Shown: one piece after another, positions 1 to 11,884 of the stretch
Layout: the number at the start of each line of letters is the position of its first letter
How positions within the stretch are numbered: position 1 is the first letter of the stretch
Assembly (NCBI GenBank): GCA_964016885.1
Contig: OZ024765.1
Location: 7,750,001-7,814,000 of the forward strand
Reading direction: 5' to 3'
Source of the DNA: Eledone cirrhosa
Taxonomy: Eukaryota
DNA length: 64,000 nt
Notes under the pieces: model-generated
Told to the model about the DNA's origin: nothing
Database searches by the model: none
The model's input: only the letters and a program-made list of their open reading frames with translations
Position numbers and translations under genes: made by a program

Positions 1-260
1 TGTGATCTACACACAAGCCTTCCTTAGTTCAGTTGAGTCTCCGTGGAGAAGCTATGTGAGATGTGATCTACACACAAGCCTTCCTTAGTTCAGTTGAGTC
101 TCCGTAGAGAAGCTATGTGAGATATGATCTACACACAAGCCTTCCTTAGTTCAGTTGAGTCTCCGTGGAGAAGCTATGTGAGATGTGATCTACACACAAG
201 CCTTCCTTAGTTCAGTTGAGTCTCCGTGGAAAAGCTATGTGAGATATGATCTAAACACAA
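1..260. repeat. 61-bp minisatellite, ~4.3 copies visible, continues off the left edge
   Basis: Unit tgtgatctacacacaagccttccttagttcagttgagtctccgtggagaagctatgtgaga restarts at 1, 62, 123, 184 and 245. Confidence 0.95.
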
Positions 261-624
261 TTTATGCTGCTCTATCATCAGCATCATCATCGTTTTAACG
301 TCCATTTTCCCTGGTAGCAAGGGTTAAACATCCTCTATATTTTTTCATTTCCTTTACATCACATTTTAGTAATAATACTTTTTATATTAAAATTATAATT
401 ATGATCTGCCAGCACATTTTAACGAGCTAATATAAATTTTTAATCAATTCCTTAATTAATTTAATTTAATGTTCTTTTTTTTCTTTTTTTTTTTGCTCGT
501 TTATTATGAGATAACTTGTTTTTGACTTAATTTTTTTTCTAAAATAAAATAAATTAATTATATTTAAGATAATTTTATATAATGAAACCCTTATAATTAA
601 TGTAAATGTTTATACTGTAATATA

Positions 625-899
625 TAAATATATATATATGTGTGTATATATACATATGTACATACATAAAAATAATTTATATATATGTGTACATGTGTAT
701 ATATATATATATATATATACATACATATATATACGTATATATACACACATGTATATAAATGTGTGTGTATATATATGTATATAAGATATATGTATGTATA
801 TATGTATATAATATATATATATATGTATGTATATGTATATATATGTATGTATTTGTGTATATATGTATATGTATGTATATGTGTATATGTATATATGTA

Positions 900-940
<41 letters not shown>

Positions 941-996
941 GTATGTATATATACATATATATATATATGTGTGTGTGTGTATATATATATATATAT
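625..996. repeat. (TA)n/(TATG)n/(TG)n compound microsatellite, probably intronic
   Basis: Direct reading; it produces the spurious YI-repeat ORFs. Confidence 0.95.
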
Positions 997-1079
997 GGTA
1001 GATTTGAGTGTTGCTTTGTTTACTGCGAGCATGCTTGTTTCGTTTGTCTGCTTTGACTAGGAAATGTGCATTGTTTCAG

Positions 1080-1565
1080 GGCACTATGGCGGCTGTTGCC
1101 AAGGAGACGTTGCCCTGCAGCAGTGGTGTTGGTGGTGGAGCTAACATCCACCACATGTATGTTACTGACCTTCCTAGCACTAGTGAGCAGCAACCTCAGC
1201 GCCCTCCAGTGACGGCTACAGCAAACCCAATGTACTCGGTCCACACCACTTCACAACTGAAAACACAATTGCCACCGCCTCCTACTATACCGCTGTCCAT
1301 TAAGGCCACAACCTATCGCAAGCCACTGGCCACTGCTCCTCCACGTCGCTCCTATAGCAGTCCGACACTCTTGGTCAAGCATGGCCACAAAGTCCAGAGG
1401 CTGATGGCCAAAACCTCTGCTGGACCGATACGCACTATCTTACAAAAATCTGACTCTGATGTGACTGTGGAGGGAGCACTGTCGCATGGCCATTTAACCT
1501 CATCCTCCCCTGTCATGAACAAAAACAAGGCTTCACAAATTGTAAGTGCTTACGAGGCTTTCTGA
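1080..1565 (+). CDS. Probable last coding exon of an unidentified gene; Ser/Thr/Pro-rich, likely disordered C-terminal tail ending ...QIVSAYEAF*
   Basis: About 50% GC open frame in an AT-rich background. Pyrimidine-rich acceptor ttgtttcag at 1071-1079 is in phase 0, with a TTGAC branch-like motif at 1053-1057. TGA at 1563-1565 is followed by an A-rich UTR-like region with AATAAA at 1741. An alternative AG lies at 1059-1060. Confidence 0.7.
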   Translation, partial: GTMAAVAKETLPCSSGVGGGANIHHMYVTDLPSTSEQQPQRPPVTATANPMYSVHTTSQLKTQLPPPPTIPLSIKATTYRKPLATAPPRRSYSSPTLLVKHGHKVQRLMAKTSAGPIRTILQKSDSDVTVEGALSHGHLTSSSPVMNKNKASQIVSAYEAF

Positions 1566-2222
1566 TGCAGCAAAAAAAAAAAAAAGAATGCACCACCATC
1601 TTCTAACTTTATCTGGCTTCCAAAAGAAAGAAAAAAAAAAAAGAAAAAATATTTTCAAATAACACCAACAACAACAAAATACATGAAAGGAAGTCTTTTT
1701 TTTTTTAATTTCAAAAGAAAAAAAAAACCAAAAAATTTAAAATAAATAAAAAAGAAATTAAAATTCAAAAAAAGAAAGAAAGAAGAAAAGAAAGCAAAGC
1801 AAGCCTCTTGTTTTAAATATTGTAAGAAAAAAAATTTATTGACACAAAAGAAAAAAAAAACAACTCAACCCAAACACCAAAACAACAAAGCCCTAAATTT
1901 GAACTCATTGTAAAAAGCTGAAAATCCATCTTTGGATAAATTTCATTTTTATTTTATTTTATTTTAAAAATTTTTATTTTATTGTTTTAATTTTTTTTTC
2001 TGTTCATGTTTTTTACTTTTTTTTATATATATTTTTTTCTTCAAATTTATTTAAAAAGAAATCTTCTACCAGGAATTAAACTACCACCCCTCCCCTCCAT
2101 ATCCAACCCCACTCCACAAATAACTATAACTGTTAGTGTTGACATTATTTGGATTATTTTGCTTATTATTATCATTACTATTATTATTATTTTTATTATC
2201 ATTATTATTATGGTGGTGGATA

Positions 2223-2532
2223 GGCAGTAGAATCAGTAGAGGGTCGGACAACATGCTTTGTAGCATTGAGTTATGGCCCTTTATGGCCTCAGTTGAAATC
2301 CCGCCGAGGTTAGCTTTGCCTTTCATCCTTACGGGGTCGATAAATAAAGCACCAGTAATGTACTGGGGTCGATTTAATCGACTTTCCCCTCCTCTAAAAT
2401 TGCTGGCCTTGTGCCTATATAAGAAACGTCGAGGTTAACTTTGCCTTTCATCCTTATGGGGTTGATAAAATAAAGTACCAGTAATACACTGGGTAATTGC
2501 TGGCCTTGTGCCAAAAGTAGAAACAATTATTA
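2223..2532 (+). mobile_element. tRNA-derived SINE (octopod-type) followed directly by a 5'-truncated second copy
   Basis: B-box-like gttgaaatcc, central domain gaggtt..ctttgcctttcatccttacggggtcgataaa..taccagt, 3' ttgctggccttgtgcc..agaaac. The same family recurs at ~4075, 9663, 9848 and 55529. Confidence 0.85.
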
Positions 2533-2559
2533 TGGTGGATAAACAGTATATAAAATATA

Positions 2560-2791
2560 TACATATATAAAATTTGATATATATATATGTGTGTGTATAT
2601 ATATATATATAGATATATGTATATATGTGTATATATGTATATATGTATATGTATATATATTTATATGTATATATATATGTATATATATATGTATATGTAT
2701 AAATATATATATATATATGTATATATATATGTATATATATATATATGTATATATATATATAGGTATATATATAGATATATGTATATATATG

Positions 2792-2823
<32 letters not shown>

Positions 2824-2864
2824 TATATGTATATATATATGTATATATATATGTATATGTATAA

Positions 2865-2896
<32 letters not shown>

Positions 2897-3042
2897 GTAT
2901 ATATATATGTATATATATATGTATATATATATATAGGTATATATATATAGATATATGTATATATATATATGTATATATGTATATATATATATGTATATAT
3001 GTATATATATATATGTATATATATATAGGTATATATATATAG

Positions 3043-3079
<37 letters not shown>

Positions 3080-3149
3080 GGTATATATATATAGATATAT
3101 GTATATATATATATATATGTATATATGTATATATATGTATATATATATG

Positions 3150-3196
<47 letters not shown>

Positions 3197-3209
3197 GTAT
3201 ATATATATG

Positions 3210-3293
<84 letters not shown>

Positions 3294-3465
3294 CACACAT
3301 ACACAACCACGCGGTCCAGTGTAACTACCACTTCTCGTATTGATGTCCACCTGGGAGGTATTGATACCAAGAGATACTCGATACTCAGAAGAACATCTCC
3401 TCCTTGGTATCAGTCTAATTACCTTCACCAGGTGCCAAATGACCACACTTAATATATATTTATAC

Positions 3466-3554
<89 letters not shown>

Positions 3555-3555
3555 C
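2560..3555. repeat. Long (TA)n-derived microsatellite with a ~150-bp unique island at 3300-3450
   Basis: Direct reading. Confidence 0.95.
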
Positions 3556-3624
3556 ATATCAGTTATAAAATTTTTTTAAGGTTGTTGAATCCCAACAAAT
3601 TAAATATAACCTCTGCATATATAA

Positions 3625-3670
<46 letters not shown>

Positions 3671-3739
3671 TTATATATGCAGAGGTTATATTTAATTTGT
3701 TGGGATTCAACAAGCTTAAAAAAATTTTATAACTGATAT
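3556..3739. mobile_element. Fold-back/MITE-like element with ~72-bp inverted arms around a (TA)n core
   Basis: atatcagttataaaattttt...cctctgcatatataaatgt is mirrored by acatttatatatgcagagg...aaaattttataactgatat with about one mismatch. Confidence 0.75.
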
Positions 3740-3785
3740 AAAGCACTCAACAAAGTAGTGGAGTAAATATACAATATATTAACAA

Positions 3786-4047
3786 ATGGAAACTATATTT
3801 ATAAAACCATATTTATTTTATTATATATATTTCAAGGGCAACCAAGGCAAATTATGGTGCGCTTTCATCAGATAAAATACAGGTTTGTTTTATAAATAAA
3901 TATTGACATACCCGGGAAAAAGATAACCATAACTGTTGGAGCTTCCTGGATAGTATTTTATATGATGAAAGCGCACCATAATTTGCCTTGGTTGCCCTTG
4001 AAATATATATAATAAAATAAATATTGTTTTATAAATATAGTTTCCAT
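3786..4047. mobile_element. Fold-back/MITE-like element with ~95-bp inverted arms
   Basis: atggaaactatattt...ttcaagggcaaccaaggcaaattatggtgcgctttcatca is mirrored by tgatgaaagcgcaccataatttgccttggttgcccttgaa...atatagtttccat. Confidence 0.75.
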
Positions 4048-4074
4048 GTATTGTGTACATATATTATCTTCTGT

Positions 4075-4230
4075 GTTTGAATCCCCATTGAGGTTAACTT
4101 AGCCTTTCATCCTTTTAAGGTCGATAAGATGAAATACCAGTCAAGCTCTGGGGGGTCGATGTAATCAGCTCTTCTATCCCCCCCCCCCCATTCTTTCTCC
4201 CCTCTAAAACATGCTGCCCCTCCTGCCTAA
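4075..4230 (+). mobile_element. Degenerate SINE copy (same family as 2223)
   Basis: gaggttaacttagcctttcatccttttaaggtcgataag..ataccagtcaag. Confidence 0.75.
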
Positions 4231-4454
4231 ATATATTATTATTATTATTTTTGTTAATATTGTTATTATTATTATTTATTAATTTATTTATTGAATAAAA
4301 AGTTAGTTGTGTTTACTGTTTTTTCTTGTCTTTTTTCAAAATATTTTTCTGAAAATTTGTATTTTTTTTACATTATTTTGGTATTTATTTAAAACATTTC
4401 AACTATTAACCTGTTTGGATGTATTACTTTGATTGGTTTGGGCCTATTTTCACT

Positions 4455-4700
4455 GGTTATGGCCAGTTTTGGTCAATTTTAACCAGTTTTAGCCAGTTTT
4501 GACCTGTTTTATCCAGTTTTAACCAGTTTTAGTCAATTTTAACCAGTTTTAGCCAGTTTTGACCAGTTTTGGTCACTTTTTACCACTTTTGGCCAGTTTT
4601 AGCCAGTTTTGGTCAATTTTAACCAGTTCTAGCCAGTTTTGACAAGTTTTGAACAGCTTTAACCAGTTTTGGCCAGTTTAACCAGTTTGGGCCAGTATTA
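4455..4700. repeat. 10-bp minisatellite (consensus about RCCAGTTTTR)
   Basis: About 24 degenerate copies of gccagttttg/accagtttta. Confidence 0.9.
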
Positions 4701-5582
4701 GCTCAAGCCATGTCTAACAATGGCTCCAGCTGCATTATAACAGGTTAGTTTTAAAAATAACAAAAATACTAATAATTATTATTTTGATAAGTTTTAGCTG
4801 GCTTTGAACCAGTGTTTGCCAGTTTTGACTGGTTTTAGCCAGTATTGGCTCAGACCACATCTACCTTAATAGTAATACTAATATATCATCATCATCATCA
4901 TCATCATTGTCATTATTTAACTACCATTTTCCATGCTATGTCCTTGAGCAAGACACTTTATTTCATGTTGCTCCTTCTACCTGGAGTTGCGACCGATAGA
5001 TAGTATTAGCAATTGGAAAGACCAATGGAAACATTATTTCCTCGGTCCGATTTGACGAATGTCGATCGTTCCTTCCTTCTTTTCCATGCTAGCATGAGTT
5101 AGATGAGTTGTCCAATCATGAGACAAGCCAGATCAGATGTCTTGCTGATATGAAGTTTTGGCTTTGTTTCTGCTGCTGCATGCCTTTCCTAACACCAACC
5201 ATGTTACACCAAATTGACCTCTTTGCAGTTTGAGTGCTAACATGACCACCTTACAAGATGGACAGGGTGATTTTGTTGTGGTGTCAGAACAGCCTACAGG
5301 GTCGACTTTGTGCTTTTTGTTGTGGCACACACACATGTATATATATATATATACATATTCAATCATCTTATTTTGTTTGACCTGTTTAGCTTGTTCACTT
5401 TTTTGGCTTAGGTGGTTAATGGCGTCTTAACCATCGTCTCAGTTTTGTATGACCTTTTTAACTTATGTTTATAGCTCTGGTATCTTCATATCCATTGAGC
5501 GCTTGCCAACACAATTCGGAAGTTGCGTTCCGTTCCGCTAATTCCTACCCGCTGAAATGAAATGCGATTCTCGCTAAATTCA

Positions 5583-5620
<38 letters not shown>

Positions 5621-5658
5621 GAAATATAAGAATCAAAGAACTGTTCAAAACATTATTG

Positions 5659-5705
5659 TGCTTACAGCTGTTTCCTCCAAGCCGAGGTTTGGATTCTTCG
5701 GAGCA
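5659..5705 (-). ncRNA. Degenerate minimal type I hammerhead ribozyme motif of the kind carried by Penelope-like elements
   Basis: Minus strand reads TGCT-CCGAAGA-A-TCCAA(acctcggc)TTGGA-G-GAAAC-AGCT-GTA-AGCA. Stems I and II and a palindromic stem III are present; the CUGANGA core has U>C and the stem II closing pair is mismatched. Confidence 0.5.
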
Positions 5706-6049
5706 ATTTATTAATGCATGGACAGTTATATGACCTCCTTTTCAGCCGAGAGACATACCGATACATATTCAAACATATTCAAACACTATTTAGGGTGTGT
5801 GTAAAATACTTATAACTGCATAAGGTTTTGTATTTACATAACCATAAATAGTATAACTAATACTATATATATATATATATATATATATCATCATTTTACG
5901 TCCGCTTTTCATCAGAATGGAAGCAGTAAAAACCAGTTAGACCATTACTCACCAGAGTACTCGATACTTGGGGTAGTATATATATGCACACACATACATA
6001 TATATACACACACACACGTATATATATATATATATGTGTGTGTGTATAT

Positions 6050-6510
6050 ATCATCATCATCATCATCATCATCATTATCATTTTACGCCCGCTTTTCCCT
6101 GCTTGCAAGGGTGGGACGGGTCCTCATCAGTGTAGCATCTCTCTATTTGTCATGGTCCTTCATCATCTCCTCCATGAGCTTCAGCAATCTGAGGTCTGCT
6201 TTCACCACCTCCGCCCATGTTTTTCGTGGTCTTCCTCTACTGCGTCTTCTTTCTTCTGGGACTTCTTCACCCAGGGGTCATCCTCCATGTACATCACATG
6301 TCCATACCATCTCAGTCTTCTCTCTCTCACACTACAACTTATCCCTCTTATACCCAGTTTCTCTCTCAACTCATCCATGCTTGGTCGTTCACATACATTG
6401 ACATTGCACATCCAATGAAGCATGCCTCAGTTCTCTCCAGCCGTCGCATATCCTCTGCAGTAGCTGCCCATGTCTCACTACCATGCAGCATCGCGCATCT
6501 CACACAGCAT
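6050..6510 (-). mobile_element. RTE-clade LINE, 5'-truncated 3' end
   Basis: Minus translation MLHGSETW...MLHWMCNV...LREKLGIRGI...VRERRLRWYGHVM matches the RTE ORF2 C-terminus and contains frameshifts; (GAT)n tail at 6050-6075. Confidence 0.9.
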
Positions 6511-6511
6511 C

Positions 6512-6542
<31 letters not shown>

Positions 6543-6754
6543 AATTAAAGTATAGAAATTGTTGTGAGCGTGAAGCCAACAATATTTCATAATATATGTG
6601 ACTATAACGTCAAAATGGAAAAATAGTTAACTTCAGATGTGGGAAAATAATTCAAATATATATATATGTATGTATATAGATTTACATTTATATGTGTATG
6701 TATATAGATATACATTTATATGTGTGTGTATGTGTGTAGGTATATATATGAGAT

Positions 6755-6830
6755 GACCCCTTAGCCTTTGTCAAGGCAGATTTCTAGGAGAAGGAAAACT
6801 CTGATATAACACCTGCAACCCTGATGGTAT
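6755..6830 (+). mobile_element. Possible RTE LINE 5'-region fragment
   Basis: The motif ctaggagaaggaaaactctga is recalled from RTE 5' UTRs; no ORF follows. Confidence 0.35.
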
Positions 6831-7339
6831 CCAATGATGTTGACTTGTTCTTCTTTTTGGTAAATATCATCTTGGTTAAGAGAGTGGGACTGGCTTTGTG
6901 CAGTGCCTTTGACTATAAAAGCTTCACGGCACAGGCATTGCTTTATATCTGGAGATCTCTCTGCACTTGTCAGGGTACCATGGGCCCAGCGCTATGTGAC
7001 AATAATTGTCACAAGTGTTTAAAATAAATAAATAATAGTGTTTGTACCAGAGTTTTCAAGTCGCTGGCTGGACTAAAAGGTCACACTCATTCAGCGCATC
7101 GGTAGGGGTTCTCCTACATGGATATAAAGTAGTGGCCGTACTCGAAAACGAGTTGGCAGCCACCATATATATATATGTGTGTGTATGTTTATGTTTCTAT
7201 TTGAAAGGAACTTTAATACTTATTAGTTATAGTTGTTTTTTTTTTAATACTTGATCATATCGATCTGATTGATTAGTTACGTGCAGATCAGTTCAGTTCA
7301 ATTGCTAGCCAACTGCAGATATTAATCCCTGCACATTGT

Positions 7340-8135
7340 TGTTGTTACAGCTCATACCTATGTAAAGCCGGCCTCCTACGAGGTTCCTTCTCATCTCATC
7401 AGAGGTTTCCCTGATGTTTTAATGATAGGGGCTCCCAGTTTTATCATGTTACAGTTCATACCTACGTAAAGCTGACCTACGAGGTTTCTGTGATGTTTTT
7501 ATCATAGGGGCTCCCAGTTTTATCGTGTTGTTGCTCTTTCCATGCTCTCCTGCCTGTAATATTGCATTACATAGAAGTTTCATTGGGGCTTTTAATGATA
7601 AGGGGCCCAGTCCTATCATGTTACAGCTCATACCTATGTAGGTTTAGCTGGTCTCATATGAGGTTGTATCTCACATGTTCCTTAGATATTTTAATGATAG
7701 GAGCCCCAGTCCTATCATATTACAGCTCTCACCTATGTAGGTTTAGCTGGCCTCTTACAGTATTGCACCATACAGGAGATTTATTGGGTATTTTAACAAT
7801 AGGGTCAGCAGTCCTATCTTGTGTGTGCTTGATATTACTGCCCAGATATATGTAGGTTTAGCTGGTCTCGTATAAGGTTGTATTTCATAGGAGGTTTCTT
7901 GGATATTTTAATGATATGGCCCCTGCCTTATTATATGGTTGTTGTTACAACCTACACCTATGGGGTTACTTCTCATAATATGTTTCTCGTATTTTAATGA
8001 TAGCGGGTACCAGTCATGTCATGTGGTTGTTGTTACAACTCACACCTATGCATGTTTAGTTGGTTTCCTACGAGGTTGCATCTCATTGGAGGTTTCTCAG
8101 ACGTTGAAATAATAAGGGTCGCCTGTCCTATCATG
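7340..8135. repeat. Old degenerate tandem repeat, ~80-110 bp period, about 8 copies
   Basis: Recurring gttacagctcatacctatgtag...gaggtttc...ttttaatgataggggccc.agt.ctatcatg. Confidence 0.8.
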
Positions 8136-8379
8136 AACAGACAAACCTCATTTCTTTGCGAGTATTAAACCCCAGTTACTGCCTTTGGTAGATGTTTTTT
8201 TTCTCTCTTCGGTTGAGTGCACTCGAAGTAGGTGAAATACTGTGACTTGCTGAAGGTCAACGTTCTCTCTAGTCCAAGAATTGAACCCACAACCTTGTAA
8301 TGCTGACACACTCAGCTGAAAATAAGTACCAGCAGCACCTGAAGAGTTAACCATACAATGGACCTATGTCTTGTTCTTC

Positions 8380-8860
8380 CAGCCGTTGTTGATAAGGTAC
8401 AGCGAGAAGATATTCAAGGGGGATAACCTAGAAAGCGGCGAAAGTAACAGTTTAAACGTACTGAGTTGTCGTTCCTGATACGTTCAATCGTGAATAATTC
8501 AAGGAAAGCACGTTGACGAAAGATTAATAGAGTTAACACGTGAGAAATCCACAATTTTTTTTTTCAAATATCTTTATGTATACAAAGTGTTTACATTTTT
8601 GTGTTACAAACTGGATTTAACCAGCTGAATGCTTGTGTTTAAGGCAGACCTATCGCCTTTATTTTTGGTGTTCGTGTACACATCTATAGCGTAATTTCGA
8701 AATAAGCATATTAAACCTAAATCTGAGGATGTACCGTTGAAAAGCAAGAAGGACTTCCTCCTATTTTTTGACAAAAGGCCCAGTTTAAGGTAAGTGCTCT
8801 TTTATTTTATCACAGGAATCTTCAGATGTCCCCGAAGTGTCGATTGTTCTATTGACGTCA
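8380..8860 (+). promoter_or_regulatory. Possible promoter/non-coding first exon ending at a consensus splice donor
   Basis: Non-repetitive and locally CpG-enriched; CACGTG at ~8537; AAG|GTAAGT at 8789/8790; TGACGTCA at 8853-8860. No supporting ORF. Confidence 0.35.
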
Positions 8861-9662
8861 GTACCTGACATTTGTGTAAGAAATTTATAAAAATTGCGAT
8901 TTATTTACACCTGCTTTTACGATAGAAAACTGTTTATTTTAAAGTGTTTATATTTATCTACCAACCTTTCTTTTATTTTTATGTAAGAATTTTTAAGTTT
9001 TAAAGTGGCAAAGGCTGTAGCCGGTAAGAGTATCAAACACCGTTAGTTGCGGCCCGAGTTAAGACAATTTGAACTATTTTCCACCATCAATTTATTAAAA
9101 AACAAGTTTAAAATCATTTAGTCGTCCTATTCGTAACGTATGCTACACGTAAATACATAAACATATGCAGACAACAGAAGGAAAGGGCTGGTGAAACGCT
9201 ATAGCGATGGCTGTTGCATCCATTTAGGGTTTACCGGCTACATAGCCTATTCGTTTATTATTGTATTGTTATCGGCTCGTTACTTTGTTATTATCATATA
9301 ACAAATATATAAGATGCATACATATAATCGATTAATTAATTGTTGCTAGGAACCTTACAAATATATTAAGTTATGTTTCAAACACCAACAACTTACAAAA
9401 TTATATAAAAGGAGTCTTTATACTTTGAAATCTTCGCTCCGAATTTTATGTCAGAAACTTTTTAAAGTCATGTTCCAAACACCAGCTTAATAATGAGAAA
9501 GTTATATTACTAACTCCCTCTAAGTTATTTGAAAATCATAGGCAAGTTTTTCATAAAGAATATAGACTGAAAGGTCTAATTTGTTAATATTTTTCGAAAA
9601 GCCCTGCATTGTGATTTTATGTAAGAATTTTTCTTAAGTTATGTTCCAAACACCAGCTTAAT

Positions 9663-10023
9663 AATTGTTTCTACTTTAGGCACAAGGCCAGCAATTATCT
9701 CAGTGCGTGACTGGTATTTTATTTTATCGATCCCGTAAGGATGAAAGGCAAAGTTAACCTCGGCGGGATTCGAACTCAGACCGCAAAGGGACGTAACTCT
9801 ATGCTGGAAAGCATGGCGTCCGACCCTCTACTGATACTGCCAATCCAGGCAGTATCGGTAGAGGGTCGGACGCCATGCTTTCCAGCATAGTTACGTCCCT
9901 TTATGATCTGAGTTCAAATCCCGCCGAGGTTGACTTTGCCTTTCATCCTTACGGGGTCGATAAAATAAAGTACCAGTAATGCACTGGGTAATTGCTGGCC
10001 TTGTGCCTAAAGTAGAAACAATT
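9663..10023. mobile_element. Head-to-head inverted pair of SINEs (9663-9841 minus, 9848-10023 plus) with a 6-nt spacer
   Basis: ...ctctactgatactgcc-aatcca-ggcagtatcggtagaggg...; both arms carry the B box, the central domain and the agtagaaacaatt end. Confidence 0.9.
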
Positions 10024-10161
10024 AATTATATTACTAAATGTCTCCAAAATTGGCAATATTTTCATGGAAGCTATGTTTTTCAGCTTGTGAAGTTTGAGAA
10101 AGCTGGATATCAGAATTCGCGGCTCACGTTGCCGAGGTATCTGGTGGTGCCTGCAAATGTA

Positions 10162-10718
10162 CTTGGCTATTCCAGCACCTTAGCCTCGCTATCTTCTATC
10201 TTTATCAAGATATCTACTGCTGCCTGGAAGGGTGCTTGGCTATTCCAGCACCTTAGCCTCGCTATCTTCTATCTTTATCAAGATATCTACTGCTGCCTGG
10301 AAGGGTGCTTGGCTATTCCAGCACCTTAGCCTCGCTATCTTCTATCTTTATCAAGATATCTACTGCTGCCTGGAAGGGTGCTTGGCTATTCCAGCACCTT
10401 AGCCTCGCTATCTTCTATCTTTATCAAGATATCTACTGCTGCCTGGAAGGGTGCTTGGCTATTCTAGCACCTTAGCCTCGCTATCTTCTATCTTTATCAA
10501 GATATCTACTGCTGCCTGGAAGGGTGCTTGGCTATTCCAGCACCTTAGCCTCGCTATCTTTATCAAGATATCTACTGCTGCCTGGAAGGGTGCTTGGCTA
10601 TTCCAGCACCTTAGCCTCGCTATCTTCTATCTTTATCAAGATATCTACTGCTGCCTGGAAGGGTGCTTGGCTATTCCAGCACCTTAGCCTCGCTATCTTC
10701 TATCTTTATCAAGATATC
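10162..10718. repeat. 73-bp minisatellite, ~7.7 near-identical copies
   Basis: Units start at 10162, 10235, 10308, 10381, 10454, 10527, 10593 (previous copy has a 7-bp deletion) and 10666. Confidence 0.95.
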
Positions 10719-11604
10719 GAACATTGTTAGAGAGAGAGACAGACAGATGTTATAAAGGGGTGTAATAGTGTTAGAGAAGAGATGATATAGCTAAAGAAAG
10801 GGAGGGGTATTGTTAAAGAGAGAGTGATATAGCTACAGAAAGGGAGGGGGGAATATTGTTAGAGAGGGAGAGAGTGATATTGGTAAAGAGCGGGGCGGAA
10901 TCTTTTTAGAAAGAGATGTGATATAGCTGCAGAGACGGGAATATTGTTAGAGAGAGAGAGAGTGATGAGTGATATCGCTGCAGTGACGGAGGGGATTACT
11001 GTTCGAGGTGGTAGAGCTACAGGGAGGGAGGAGGTGATATAGCTAAAGAGGGAGAGAGTCAGGACGCCGTGAACAAACTGGGAGAAGGCAAACGATTCCA
11101 TGTTTACGGAATATCTTCATTTCTTTCTGTTGTGTGGTAGTTGTAGTAATTTCACAGTTTCTACGGAAACAGAGAGGACAAAGAAATGGCCAGCTAAATA
11201 TAAATATATAAATTTCACACACACACACATATATAGTAATAATAAATGTGAAGACTAAAGTCGAAGAGGGCTCGATAAGGATTATATATATATATATATG
11301 AGGGTGTTAAAGTTTGCTTGAAGCATTGTGAAATGTGTAAAATACGTAGTTAAGAAAGCCACAACAATGCAGAGGGAAATCTCGAGGTAGGAATTCGTTA
11401 TTCGGCATTCCTGTCTTAACGACATCACAACTTTCTCCGCTTGGCCTGCCCCCCCCCCCCCCCACCCCCCCCATTTTGGAACTTTGCCACGTTGATGGGC
11501 GTGAGCCCGAAATATTGGGATTAAATCTCCACTACGGTAACCCTTCTACCTTTGTTTTGTTTTCATCTTTGTCTCTCTCAATTTTCACTTTCACCTGTTT
11601 TTCC

Positions 11605-11804
11605 NNNNNNNNNNNNNNNNNNNNNNNNNNNNNNNNNNNNNNNNNNNNNNNNNNNNNNNNNNNNNNNNNNNNNNNNNNNNNNNNNNNNNNNNNNNNNNNN
11701 NNNNNNNNNNNNNNNNNNNNNNNNNNNNNNNNNNNNNNNNNNNNNNNNNNNNNNNNNNNNNNNNNNNNNNNNNNNNNNNNNNNNNNNNNNNNNNNNNNNN
11801 NNNN
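11605..11804. other. Assembly gap (200 N)
   Basis: Run of N abutting the left end of the array, so true array length and left junction are unknown. Confidence 0.99.
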
Positions 11805-11884
11805 TATCTCCCCGAAAGATATAGTTATTCACAGCTTTACATTGGAATAGTGTACTACTATTTAAATATTAGTCCTTTAAATAT

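Noticed and set aside
597-3579. Tyr/Ile-rich ORFs here and at 59625-61728
   Set aside because: They are translations of (TA)n microsatellites, which lack stops by construction.
10162-10718. CRISPR-like appearance of the 73-bp repeat (and of the 61-bp repeat at 1-260)
   Set aside because: No unique spacers, no cas genes, eukaryotic context.
11476-11850. ORFs spanning the N gap
   Set aside because: Artefacts of translating N.
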